A stretch of DNA of 64,000 nt. It comes from Bryobacterales bacterium. Its GTDB lineage: Bacteria; Acidobacteriota; Terriglobia; Bryobacterales; Bryobacteraceae. How positions within the stretch are numbered: position 1 is the first letter of the stretch; every line of letters begins with the position of its first letter. The notes under the pieces are model-generated. The model was not told the origin of the DNA. It saw only the letters and a program-made list of their open reading frames with translations, and made no database searches. The position numbers and the translations under genes were made by a program. This document shows, in pieces, positions 1-10,571 of this stretch. Location: contig CAVSUW010000008.1 of assembly GCA_963731375.1 (NCBI GenBank), positions 82,920 to 146,919 of the forward strand, written 5' to 3'.

Positions 1-1628
1 CTCCTATCTCATCGGCAGCGACGATGTCATGCAGTAGGGCGCGCCCGGGCTCGCTCAGGCGGGCGTCGAGGGCGGCAAAATTGACCGGACCGGCTTCGGC
101 CATCTGGCGCAACGCATCGATTACTTCGTGACTTACGAAGCCTGCGGTCAGCTCCGCCGGCAGCTGCGGCAAAATTTGCTCGCGGGTCGCTTCGCTCGAC
201 AGCAGCGCATTCAATAAGATCCGTTCGACCGCCGGGACTTGGACGCGGGCGGCGCCGTTGGACGCGGGCCGGAGGCCGGTTCGACGCGCGCGCCGACCTG
301 CCCGGGAGCGTGCCGGTCCGTCGCGGCCCTCTTGAATTGGTCCAGGACCAGTCCCGGCTCGACGCCCAGATAGCCGGCCAGGTCGCTCGCCACCGCGGCG
401 CGTTCCAGCTTATCGGAAATCTTCTGCACCGCGGGCAGCAGAAACTTGAAGGCATCCATGCGGCCGTCGGCGCCGCGCATGTCGAACTTGGCGCGCGCAC
501 GATCCGCCAGCCAATGGAAGTAGCTGCTGGCCGCATCGAGCTGCGCGCGATACGCCTCCGCGCCAAACCGCTTCACATATTCGTAGGGATCCAGCTTTTC
601 GTTGGTGGCGTCGCCCGCTCCGCCGCCGAACGCGAGCACCTTCACGTGCAGGCCTTCGTCGAGCAGCAACTGAATGGCGCGCTCGGCCGCATTCGCGCCG
701 GCGTCGTCGGGATCGAAATTGACCACCACGGTATCGGCGTGGCGGTGGAGGGCCCGCACCTGCGTGTTGGTAAGCGCAGTGCCGCAACTCGCCACCACTT
801 CCTTGACTCCCGGCGGCATACACGCCGATCACGTCCATGTAGCCTTCCACCAGCACGGCGCGATTGGTCTTACGCATCGCATCGCGCGCGCGATGGAGGT
901 TATATAAGGTGGACGTCTTGCGATAGATGGGTGTTTCCGGCGAATTCAGATACTTGGGCTGATCGTCCGGACGCATGGCACGCGCGCCGAAGGCGATCAC
1001 TTTTCCGGATTCATTGTGAATGGGAAACATCAGGCGGCCGCGAAAGGCGTCGTAGAAGCCCGATCCTTCGTTGCGGCGCCGCACCAGACCGGAGGCTTCC
1101 ATTTGCTCCGGCGAAAAACGCTCCTCGGTTAACTTCCGCGTCAAAGCCTGGCCTTGCGGATCGGAAAAACCGAGCTCGAAGGTTTCGATCAGTTCGGCGC
1201 TCACGCCGCGCTGGTCGAGATACGCCCGCGCCTCCGCGCCTTGCGGGCCGTTCAGCGCCGCCCGATAGAGCTTGCGCGGCGATGGCGTGCATGTCGTGCA
1301 GAGCGCCGCGCAGCCGGGAATCGGAATCGGAATACTCGGGGCGCTGCGGCATGGGGATGCCGTGGCGCTCGGAGAGCAGCTTCAGGGTCTCCGGAAAAGT
1401 GAGGCCGTCGACCTCCATCACGAACTTGAGCACGTCGCCGCCGGCGCCGCAGCCGAAGCATTTGTAGAACTGCCGCGTCTGATTGACGTTGAACGACGGA
1501 GTCTTTTCCTGATGGAACGGGCACAGGCCCAGATACCGGCCGGTGGCGCCAATGCGGCGCAGGCGCACGTACTCGCCGACCACCTTGACGATGTCGATCG
1601 AGGATTTCAGCTGCTCGACAAAGTCCAT
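1..1628 (-). CDS. dnaG: DNA primase DnaG, frame-disrupted as sequenced; 3' end beyond window
   Basis: Minus-strand fragments 1011-1628, 410-1204 and 211-819, plus an unlisted frame reaching base 1, read consecutively as DnaG. Zn-ribbon: CPFHQEKTPSF...CFGCGAGGD. Core: RLMFPIHNESGKVIAFGARA. TOPRIM: LVEGYMDVIG, NFDPDDAG. C-terminal region: ILPQLPAELTAGFVSHEVIDALRQ. At least 3 frame switches (e.g. ~815-825, ~1200). Confidence 0.9.
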
Positions 1629-1683
1629 TGCTAGGTTTCAGGGTAGCGCTTTCGCGGCAGCGGGAGGATAAAACAAATTCATG

Positions 1684-1971
1684 TTAAAATGGTTTTGTGA
1701 GTCCGGCCGCCACGGAGCGCAGTTCCGCGTCGAGCAGGTAGAGGATTTCAGGGAACGCACCGCGCAAAAGGTCCGCGACTTGCGCTGCCCGGTCCACGGC
1801 CAGCCGCCCCGCCTGCGTTTCCAAGGTTCCACGCTGCGCGATGTCACCATCCAGATGAGCGGGTGCTGCGATACGCTGCTGAGCCTGGCAAACCAGCGGA
1901 TCGCGAATCGCGGCTAGGATCTGCGCAGATAACACGGATGGACACGGATAAAGCGTACCGGCTCGTGCCAT
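1684..1971 (-). CDS. hypothetical small protein, or C-terminal extension of the upstream PP2C gene
   Basis: 95-aa ORF with no recognisable domain. The distal two-thirds has GC-rich third codon positions like real genes here. All three frames are open locally, so the call is weak. Confidence 0.25.
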   Translation of the reverse strand: MARAGTLYPCPSVLSAQILAAIRDPLVCQAQQRIAAPAHLDGDIAQRGTLETQAGRLAVDRAAQVADLLRGAFPEILYLLDAELRSVAAGLTKPF

Positions 1972-3666
1972 CTGCGAGCCATCGCGGCGCGTATTCGATC
2001 ACCAGCGCGGTGATGTCGTCGCGAATCGTGCCGCCTTCGGTGAACTGATCCACCGCTTGCAGCAGCGCGGCGTGCAATCCGGCGGCATCCAGCGCGGCGT
2101 TTTCGCGCAGGCACAGCGCGCAGGCGCTCGGTATCGAAGAAGGCGCCGTCGGCATCTTCCGCTTCGGTCAGGCCGTCGCTATAGATCACCAGTTTGTCGC
2201 CGGGCGCCAGCTCGCGCTGCAGCATTTGGAAAGGCGCGTCTTCCAGCATGCCGACCGGCATGGAAGTGGTGTTCAGCGTGCGCAGACGGCCGTCCGGGCT
2301 CACCAGGAACGGCGCGCAATGACCGGCGTTGCTGTAGCTCAGCAGGCCCGACGCGTCCAGAATGCAGTAGAACACCGTCGCGTATTTTTCGCCGCGCGTG
2401 CGCTCCAGCAGGAATTCGTTCAGGCGAGCCATGCGCGGCGCGATGTGCGTCGGGATCGCCGGACGCCATCAGGAAAGTGCCCTGCAGCAGACTGGCGAGC
2501 AGCGCGGAGCCGACGCCTTTGCCGGATACATCGGCCACTACCGCGGTCCAGGAAGTCGGGCGAGTTCTGGCGGACATCGAAATAGTCGCCGCCCACCTGC
2601 GTCGAAGGCGAACTGGAACCGGCCGCGCGGAACCATCCGGTTTGCGGCATGGACGACGGCTGCAGTCCCTGCTGAATTTCGCGCGCCAGTCTGCAGCTCG
2701 TCTTCCATGCGGAGCTTGCCGCGCTCTTCTTCAATCAGGCGGGCGTTTTCGAGAATGGTGGAGGCTTCGATCGCCAGCGTCTGCAGCAGTTCGCGATTGC
2801 CGGAGGAAAGGTCGGCGGGCGTCGCGCGCGAGTCCATGTAGATCAGCCCGACGGTGTCTTCCATGGCGTTGATCGCGCGCGTGTCGTCGGGAGCGCCGCT
2901 GCGCAGCCGGATCAGCGGCAGGCACACCACGCTGCGCAGCTCCAGTTGCGCCACCGTCATTTCGGGACGCACGCCCTGCTCCTCGAAGGGATCGAAGGAC
3001 ATCGAGAGCAGATCGCGCCGCGAGGTCAGCGCCTGGCGGATCAGATGCCGCGGGAACGCGCAGATCGTCCGGCTGCGAGTTCGCGGCCGGCGTTGTCGCG
3101 GGCCACCGAAACGTCCAGGTCGGCATCCTTGTCGCCTTCCGGGCGCAGCAGCAGAAAGCCGCGCTCGCAGCCGGTGACCGCCAGCGCAGCGTCCACCACG
3201 GCCGTCAGCACCTCGTTGGTGGATAGCGAATTTTGCAGCGCGCGCGCCACTTCCACCAGCGAACGCAGCTTGATCAGATTGCCGGCGCCGGCCGCTTCGC
3301 CCGCAGGGGCGCGCAGCCGAGCCGAACTGTTCCAGCAGCCGCTGAATGTCCTGCTTCTCCGACGGAAAACGTGAGCTGATAGGAATCGCGTACGCCGAAT
3401 TCAATGCGATCCGAATTGTGCAGGACGTGCCGCGCGATCTGCTTGCCGTTCACCCAGGTGCCGTGGCGGCTGTTCAGATCCTCGATCACATAGCTGCCGT
3501 TCTCAAAGACGATGCGGCAGTGATTGCGCGAGGTGCGATTGTCGCGCAGCACCAGGCTATTGCCGGACTGGCGGCCGATGCTGAAAGGCATGGTATCCAG
3601 CGCCACGCGGCTGCGCTGACCGGATGGCGCGAGAACCAGCAGTACCGCCGCAGGACGTTCCGCCAT
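1844..3666 (-). CDS. FHA-GAF-PP2C (SpoIIE-type) Ser/Thr phosphatase, frame-disrupted as sequenced
   Basis: FHA: FSIGRQSGNSLVLRDNRTSRNHCRIVFENGSYVIEDLNSRHGTWVNG. GAF: ALQNSLSTNEVLTAVVDAALAVTGCERGFLLL, VGLIYMDSR. PP2C: AREIQQGLQP, VADVSGKGVGSALLASLLQG, NAGHCAPFLV, VIYSDGLTEA, DDITALVIEY. Spread over fragments 3274-4146 (C-terminal half), 2538-3404, 3041-3256, 2420-2734, 2179-2577, 1914-2432 and 1844-2155. Candidate start is ATG at 3666 inside a TAATG junction. Confidence 0.8.
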
Positions 3667-4146
3667 TACCCGAGCTTGTCCGGCGCGCGCCTTCTCGGCC
3701 GATTCCTGCGCCAGCTGGGACTGGCAATCCGGGCAATAGCCGCCCATCTCGGTGCGCGCCGTCACGATCTTGAAGCCCAGGCTGCTCTCCATTTGCCGGC
3801 GCATCTTCTGCAGCGGCTCGCCGAAAAATTCTTCGACCTTGCCGCAGCGCAGGCAGATGAGGTGCGCGTGCTCCTGCTTGAGGCGGCTCTCGTAGTAATG
3901 CTGGTCGCCTTCGAAGTGCAGCAGATCGAGCTCGTCGATCAGGCCGCCGACTTTCAGGAGCTTGAGCGTCCGATAGACCGTGACACGATTGAGCTTGGGA
4001 TCTTTCTCCTTGGCCAGCTGGTACAGCGCTTCGGCGTTCAGGTGTTTGCCGGAGCGGTCCAGCAGATCGAGCAGAATGCGGCGCTGGCGCGTAAGCCGTA
4101 CTCCGCGTTCGCTGAGCGAATTCTGAATTCCGGCGGCTGGCATCAC
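3666..4146 (-). CDS. Fur-family metalloregulator (read in-frame into the FHA domain in this assembly)
   Basis: Winged helix: LTRQRRILLDLLDRSGKHLNAEALYQLAKEKDPKLNRVTVYRTLKLL. Two CxxC pairs: CLRCG, CPDCQ. As sequenced, the ORF continues to 3274 with no stop. A TAA overlapping the downstream ATG (TAATG, 3664-3668) exists in another frame. Confidence 0.8.
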
Positions 4147-4317
4147 TGTCTTGAGAGTAGCAAATCGCGAGTCACAGCAGACCTCAAAAGGCTATGTGGT
4201 GCACACCACGGAGGTTAATCCGATTGGCGTGGCGCGGTTTGTTGCGCGCGGCCGCTTACAATCGAACCGTATGACGAAACGTTTTCACTGTATTGGCTGA
4301 GAGAGTCGGGTTGCGAT

Positions 4318-5232
4318 TTGGGGACGCCGCTGGATGCGGATGAATTGGACGCGGTCATCCGCGCGCGCGTGGTGGAATTGGCCGGCGGCGACGATCGCCC
4401 GCTCGACGCTGTATCTTCCGTTTCTGGATGGCCGGGAATCGCGCCGCCGCGCCGAGGCTTTGCGCGCCGTGACGCTGGTGCGCGAGGGCGACGCGATCCG
4501 CAGCGTTCCGCCGACTGCCGGCCGCAGCACTGCGCGATCAGCGCCGCCATGCTGCTGGCGACGCATCCGGCGTGGACCGGCGCGCCGCACGAACGCCAGC
4601 CGCGGATATTTTCGACCTGGCAAGCAGTCTCGCTGGCGCTGCAGAAGGCGCTGCGCCGCTGGATTCCGGAAATCTATTTCCGCGATCCGGCGCGCTACGA
4701 GGATCGCGACGCGGCCTTTCCACTGCTGGTGTATGCGGCCAGCCGCCCTTGCCGCGGACGGCCGCGCACGGAATTCACCTACGACGTGGTCGATGAGGAG
4801 GTGCTGCCGCGCGCCTTGCATCAGATCGGAGCGTCCCTGCAGAGCGTATTGGGAACAGTGGAGCGCCACCTGTACGAGTGCGGCCGTCCGGAACTGGCCC
4901 GGCGCTACGCTCCGCGCTGGCATCAGGACGTGCTGCGCGCGGTGCAGAGAAAGCCCCGGCCATTGCTCGGTTTGCTGGGGGATGAAGCGGCGGTGGTCAA
5001 TGCCGTGATCGATCTGGGCTCGGGACGCGGGATGCAAGCCGTGAAGCCGTTTGCGAGATCGGCCAGGATGGCGCTCCGCACCATGTATGGCGAAGATCTG
5101 CGGCCACTGGCGCTCCGGTTGTTGGAGGAAGCTACGCGGACGCTGGAGGGTAGACGCTATTTCACAATCTCAACTTGCAGCGAAACATCCAGCGTCTTGG
5201 GCGGCAGACACATGGAGTTGTTGCAGGCCTGA
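4318..5232 (+). CDS. hypothetical protein, probably frame-disrupted near the N-terminus
   Basis: 304-aa ORF. From ~aa 90 onward (WIPEIYFRDPARYEDRDAAFPLLVYAASRP...ELARRYAPRWHQDVLRAV) it looks protein-like. Overlapping frame 4334-5008 reads better for ~4400-4520. No domain recognised. Confidence 0.5.
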   Translation: MGTPLDADELDAVIRARVVELAGGDDRPLDAVSSVSGWPGIAPPRRGFARRDAGARGRRDPQRSADCRPQHCAISAAMLLATHPAWTGAPHERQPRIFSTWQAVSLALQKALRRWIPEIYFRDPARYEDRDAAFPLLVYAASRPCRGRPRTEFTYDVVDEEVLPRALHQIGASLQSVLGTVERHLYECGRPELARRYAPRWHQDVLRAVQRKPRPLLGLLGDEAAVVNAVIDLGSGRGMQAVKPFARSARMALRTMYGEDLRPLALRLLEEATRTLEGRRYFTISTCSETSSVLGGRHMELLQA

Positions 5233-5660
5233 TAGCGCAGTTTGCCGGTCAGCGTCGCGGGTCCCGGCGCGGCGTTGGCGGGCACTTTGAAGTGCGTCAC
5301 GATCTGGAAATCGCCGGTGAACACCGACAGCGGTTTTTCCGAAAAGCTGTACTTTTCCATGCGCGGTTGCGGAAAGGCGAAGCCGGAGGCCTCCAGCGGT
5401 CCGGGATTCCAGGTGAGCCGCAGCGGAATCAGGTATTCATCCGAGGGCGTGTTGCTGTTGACGTGGTAACCCGGGCGCAGATCCAGCGGCAGCACGGAAT
5501 CCACCGCCGCGCCTGGCTTCGCAACCACTTTACGCGGAGGCGTGAAGTTAAGGACGTTGCCCTGCGCGAACGCCTGCGCCCGTAAGGCCGGCGAGCACGC
5601 CAGCGCCAGCGTCACGCACAGCAGAGTTCTTGGGAGCCTCAAGAAGTTTGACAATCTCAT
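5157..5660 (-). CDS. secreted DsbD N-terminal-domain-like (thiol:disulfide interchange) protein
   Basis: Signal peptide MRLSNFLRLPRTLLCVTLALACSPALRAQA. The body (HVNSNTPSDEYLIPLRLTW, TGKLRYQACNNSMCLPP) resembles the DsbD alpha domain. The internal Met at 5660 is preferred over the ORF-track start at 5759. Confidence 0.6.
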   Translation of the reverse strand: MRLSNFLRLPRTLLCVTLALACSPALRAQAFAQGNVLNFTPPRKVVAKPGAAVDSVLPLDLRPGYHVNSNTPSDEYLIPLRLTWNPGPLEASGFAFPQPRMEKYSFSEKPLSVFTGDFQIVTHFKVPANAAPGPATLTGKLRYQACNNSMCLPPKTLDVSLQVEIVK

Positions 5661-6156
5661 TCTGGTAGTCCACTTTGTCGACGAGTCCCACATGGTTGGA
5701 CGCAATGCGCCCCTCGCGGTCCAGCACAAACGAAGTGGGCAGCGACTCGATCTCGCCAAATTGCTGCGAGACCACTTCCGAGCCGATCATGATGCGGTAG
5801 TTGATCTTGTGCGACGCGACGTAAGGCCGCACCGACTTCCATCCGTCATCGTCCATGGAGACTCCCAGGACGGCGAATCCCTGATCTTTATACTTTTTCT
5901 CGAATTCGATGAACCACGGGATCTCCGCCTCGCAAGGTCCGCACCAGGTGGCCCAGAAGTTGACCAGCACGACTTTGCCGCGATAATCGGCAAGATTCAC
6001 GGCGTTACCGTCGGCGTCCTTCAGGGAGAAGTTGGGGGCCGGCTTGCGTTGGCCTTCGGATTTAAGCTCGCCGGTGGGCAAACTCGATGGTCTGGAACAA
6101 CTCGCGAGAAGGAAAGCGAGCGCGGCCGACGCCGCTGCTACATGGATTCGGCTCAT
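5548..6156 (-). CDS. TlpA/ResA-like periplasmic thioredoxin (redoxin family)
   Basis: Lipoprotein-like leader (AFLLASCS). Redoxin motif: VVLVNFWATWCGPCEAEIPWF. The last ~37 codons overlap the next gene by 112 nt, so the true stop is probably lost to a frame error. Confidence 0.8.
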   Translation of the reverse strand: MSRIHVAAASAALAFLLASCSRPSSLPTGELKSEGQRKPAPNFSLKDADGNAVNLADYRGKVVLVNFWATWCGPCEAEIPWFIEFEKKYKDQGFAVLGVSMDDDGWKSVRPYVASHKINYRIMIGSEVVSQQFGEIESLPTSFVLDREGRIASNHVGLVDKVDYQNEIVKLLEAPKNSAVRDAGAGVLAGLTGAGVRAGQRP

Positions 6157-6193
6157 CTCACTCTTAAAGTATCATGCCCGGCTCAAGCGGCTA

Positions 6194-6675
6194 TCAGACC
6201 GCGACCGGACGGCTCTCCGAAAACTGCTCCGTGAACCAGCGCCGGCGCACGCGGCGGGAAGCGGCGGCGAGCGTGAACTCATCGTGCGCGCGCAGCCCGG
6301 CAAACATCCAGGCGGCGGAGTCGCAAAAACTTTCGCAGGCATAGCGGCGCCATCTCGGCGTGCGGAGGCGGGCGTCGGCGAGCGTCAGCGTCTCCTTGCG
6401 CCACTCGGCGCTCCAGCCCAGTTCACCCTTGACCCGTGCCCGCAACTCGCGCGGCCAGCACCTGCTCCCAGGCGACGGCGCTTCTGGTTCGAAAGACGCA
6501 CCCACACGAAATGAAACAACTCGTGGATCAGAATGCGCTCAAATTCGCCGCGCCGCGCCAAGACCGCCGCGTCGAGCAGAATCAGACGCCGTGGAATCGA
6601 GGCGCCGGCCAGGTGCGATCCCAGCGAGCGCCGGATCTCCACGCGAATGGGGTCACCCACGAACCGGGGGAGCAC
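6194..6675 (-). CDS. hypothetical HExxH (SprT-like) metalloprotease-motif protein, one frame switch
   Basis: Fragments 6385-6675 (ILIHELFHFVWVRLS) and 6194-6505 join across a frame switch near 6500. GTG start lies directly after the upstream stop. Confidence 0.5.
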
Positions 6676-6678
6676 AAT

Positions 6679-7666
6679 CTATTTGGCCGGAGGCGCGGGC
6701 GCGGGGGATTGCCCGGCCCAGCCGCACCCGGAAGCGCCAGCTTCGGCTGCGTGAAAAACTCGACGCTTTTCACCGTCGGCTCAAAACGCTTGCCCACCTC
6801 GGCGAGCCATTGGTTCAGATGCGCCCCGCGTATTTCCTCGCTGATCGAGTCCGTTACTTCGCCCATCGGCTGTATGGTTTTCTCTTCCACGCGAATGATG
6901 TAGAACGCGTTGGACTGCCGCAGCGGGTCGGTTACCTCGCCGACCTTCAGAGCAAGCACCGCCTTCTTGACATCCGCCGAGTAAGAACTGTTGATGTTCA
7001 CGACACCGAAGTCGCCACCCGCGGCTTTCGAAGTGGGGTCTTCGGAGTACTCGCGCCACCAGTTTCGCGAAATCCGCGCCGCCGCGAATTTGCTTCACCA
7101 GATCCTCGGCCAGCTTGCGGGCGTCCGCTTCCGTGCGCTGCGTCTGGCTCGATCCGCCTTCGGAAATCGCGCGCGCGACATCTTCCAGAGACTTACCGGA
7201 GGGCACCTGTCCCATCACCGGCGCGGACGGCTTGAAGGCGATATAAATCACCTTGATTTTGGCCTGCTGGTAGCGCGCCTGATTCTTGTCGTAAAACTCT
7301 TTGATCTGCTGCGTTCGGCACCGGATAGAAGTTGTGCTCGTGGCTGACCATCGCGGAAGCCATGCTGTTGGCGCGCAGGAAAGCCAGTTGCTCCTTGAGC
7401 GGGCTTTGCTCGCCCAGTTTGGCCTTCTCCGCCTCGTCCGACAGGTAGCGCAGCATGAACAACTGCTGCACCGCGTACTTGGGATTCTGCTGAAAGAGCT
7501 GGATGAACTCGTTGGGCATGAACGCCATACTTTGCCGAATTTCGCCGGCGGTTACGTCTTTTCCGTCTACGTTCGCAACCACGGTGTCGTCGGGGACCGC
7601 GCCGGTGGGCAGGGTCTGGGCAACCAGCGGCGTACAGGCAAGCGCAAGGATAAAAAGATATTTCAT
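6679..7666 (-). CDS. secreted parvulin-type peptidyl-prolyl isomerase (SurA/PrsA-like), frame-disrupted
   Basis: ATG at 7666 preceded by GAAGGGGA. Signal peptide MKYLFILALACTPLVAQ. Parvulin core: ADFAKLV..., VKKAVLALKVGEVTDPLRQSNAFYIIRVEE. Pieces lie in 7193-8248 (tail), 6781-7251 and 6582-7001. The inferred native end PAPAPPAK-stop at 6679 needs one more frame switch. Confidence 0.8.
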
Positions 7667-7753
7667 GGTGTTCCCCTTCAACTTAACATGACGTGTCGTC
7701 CCACCGAACGTACCGGCTAAGCCGCCGCCTAAGTTCGCTATAGTAACTGGGAA

Positions 7754-8319
7754 GTGACTCTCCGTTTGGGTTTGCTCGGCGCGATGTGCGGACTTCTGTG
7801 CGGCTGCGGCAACCTGCCGGAGCCCTATGCTCCGCCGCGCGCAGCGCCCGTTTTTCGAGGCTCCTCCCGAAGCCGCGCGCATCATCAACATGGCGGACGC
7901 CGACGCCGAGAGCCACTTCGTCCAGGACATTTCGCCGGAACTGCGAAGGCAATACCTGGCGCTGGACCGGCAAGCGCCCCACCATTCGGCTGCGTACCCG
8001 GTGCGAATCAAAAGCTGGTGTATTCGATCGATTTCGCGATCGCAGGATCTACCCTCGAGCACACCGGTCCGGTGACGCTTTCGTTTTTCGTGAACGATCA
8101 TCTTCTGGACCGCGTCCGCTATGCCGTCGCCGGGCCGGCGGCGCGCTCGAAAAGCCGGTTCCCGCGGAGTGGCTGGAGCCGGACGAGAACGCGACGCTCG
8201 CCGCCGAGATCGACAAGGTGTGGACGCCTCCTCAGCCAGGCGCCACACCGCTGGGTTTCATTCTGGTGGCTCTGGGGTTGGAACAGCAGAGTTGGAACCG
8301 CAGGAGCCGGGAAAAATGA
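7754..8319 (+). CDS. hypothetical lipoprotein, frame-disrupted
   Basis: Lipobox LLGAMCGLLCGCG at the N-terminus. Reading continues through frames 7754, 7827 and 7786 (FVQDISPELRR, LVYSIDFAIAGSTLEHTGPVTLSFFVNDHLLDRVRY, LGFILVALGLEQ). Its stop overlaps the next ATG (ATGA). Confidence 0.5.
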
Positions 8320-10544
8320 AAGCCCTCGCGGCACTGGCCGGTGCGGCATTCACCGTCGCGGCCTGTTACGGATTGGGATCGCTGCTCGCCGCGCGGCTGG
8401 GAGCGCGCCTGCGGCGTGACGAAAAGTTCCCGCTGGCCTTCGTGCTGGGCGCCGCCGTGTTGCATCTGGCGATCTTCGCGGTCATGGCTCTGCACATTGC
8501 ATACCGGCCTGTACTGATCGCGCTGCTGGCCGCGTGCGTGGCGGCCGCCCTGGTCACGGGTGACTGGCGATTGCCTGCGGCGGAGGATGCCGAGCGCGAG
8601 AGGTCGCTGCCCTGCGCCATCCGCTACCTGTTCGGCGTCATCGCGGCCGCGTTCACCGTGCTCTATCTGTTCAACGCCTGGGCGCCGGAGATCAGTCCGG
8701 ATGGCTCCAGTTACCACCTGAGCCTGGTCGCGCGTTATTTGCGCGCTCACGGATTCGAGCCGGTACTGACCAACATCTACTCGACGCTGAGCGAGGGCGT
8801 CGACATGTTATTTGTGCCGGCCTTTGCCATTGGCAGACATTCGGCTGCCGCGTTGATGCATTTCGCGTTTCTCATCGCACTGGCGCTGGCGGTTTTGTCC
8901 TACGGCAGGCGGATCGGCAAACCGCTGGCCGGCGCGGCGGCCGCGCTGCTGGTGTATCTGAGCCCGATCGTTGGAATCGACGGAACCTCGGCATATATCG
9001 ACGTCGCCGTCGCCGCGATTGTGTTCTCGGTCTTTTACTGGATCCAGATTTGGGATAGCCAGCGCGAAGGGCGTATCCTCATCGCGATCGGTTGCTGGCG
9101 GGTTATTGCTATGCGGCGAAGTACACCGCGTTCGTCATGCTGTTCTACGCCGTGGGCTTTGTCACTTGGCGCACGCGAAGGATGGCGCCTGCCATGCTGG
9201 TAGTGGCATGCTCGCTGGTCATGGTCGCGCCGTGGATCGTCAAAGACTGGATTTATGTCGGGAACCCGGTGGCTCCCTTCGCCAACCAATATTTTCAGAA
9301 TCCCAACATTCACATTTCCTTCGAACGCAATTGGACCGCGTTCCTGCGCACCTACGGCTTGAAAATCTGTGGACCCTGCCGCTCGAAGTCACGATTCGCG
9401 GGGGGCCGACGGGGGGTCTGTTAGGCCCGGTCTTTCTGGCCGCTCCGCTGGCTCTGCTCGCGCTGCGGTCCCGCAACGGGCGCCGGCTGCTGGTGCCCTG
9501 CGCGCTGATTCTCGCCACCTATTTCGGCAATGTGGGGACACGCTTCCTCATCCCCGCCTGCCGTTTGTCGCGCTGGCGATGGCTCTCGCCCTGGAGCCAG
9601 CCGATGCCGCTGCTGATCCTGCTGGTCACGCTGCATGCGGCAGCTTCCTGGCCGTCGTTGATGCAGCGTTACACGCTAGCTTGGTCGCTGCGAGGAATCC
9701 CTTACAAAGCCGCCCTCAGAATCATTCCCGAGGATCGCTACCTCGCCGATTTCATCGAGTATCGCTGGGCCCGCATGATCGAAGACCACGTCCCGCCGGG
9801 GGCGCGCGTGCTGGTTCGCAGCGTGAGTCGCCAACCGCGTACACTTCGCGCGATGTTCTGATCGGTTACGAAGGAGCGTTCAACGAAGAAATGCAGGACC
9901 TGCTGGATGTCGGCTGGGATTCATTCATCGCAACCGCGCAAGCAGTGGATTTACTCGTTTCCCGAGCGCCGCGTGCGCCGGCTCCGTGTAGTTCAGACCG
10001 GAACGACCACAATTCCGGAAGATACAGTGGGATGTTCACGAGTTGAGGTTCTTCCACGCAGGCGTCGAATTGCCGCGCCTTCCCGAGTGGCGCTTGCAGG
10101 CCCATCCCAATCCGTGGGGCGTGCAAATGGCGTTCGACAATTCCGAAGCCACCCGCTGGAGAAGCTGGGAGACGCTGCGTCCGGGTATGTGCATCGAAGT
10201 GGACTTCGGCCGCGAGCAGCCGGTGGATCAGGTGCGCGTCGAACTGTCGGACCAGGATTGGACTGTTCGCATGCGCGTGGAGGCGATGGACGCGAACGGG
10301 CGTGTGGACGCCGCTGCCTGCTCGCGAAGAGCTGCGCCAGCAGCAATACGTGGGGTCGGTGCGCCGAGCCGCCGCATTTGAACTTCACGCGCACGGAGTG
10401 GACTACGTGCTGCTCAAGGATACCGATTTTGGCGCGAAGGACCTTGCAGACGATCCGGCGCGTTGGGGAATGACGAGATTGGTATATGCGTCGGGCGCCA
10501 GCCTTTATCGGGTAAACCCACCTGAGGTGAATCCACAGAGGTAA
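8316..10544 (+). CDS. large polytopic membrane protein with C-terminal F5/8 type C (discoidin)-like domain, frame-disrupted
   Basis: MKALAALAGAAFTVAACYG followed by more than 10 hydrophobic helices (fragments 8121-9203, 9092-9424, 8971-9861). C-terminal: AFDNSEATRWRSWETLRPGMCIEVDFGREQPVDQVRVE (10043-10381), tail 10302-10544. At least 4 frame switches. Confidence 0.6.
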
Positions 10545-10571
10545 ACCAGTGACGGCCGCTGGTTTCTGGGC

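Noticed and set aside
4255-4275. GGTTCGATT on the minus strand, reminiscent of a tRNA T-loop, in the Fur upstream region
   Set aside because: No flanking T-stem, acceptor stem or D-arm could be paired, so it is not a tRNA.
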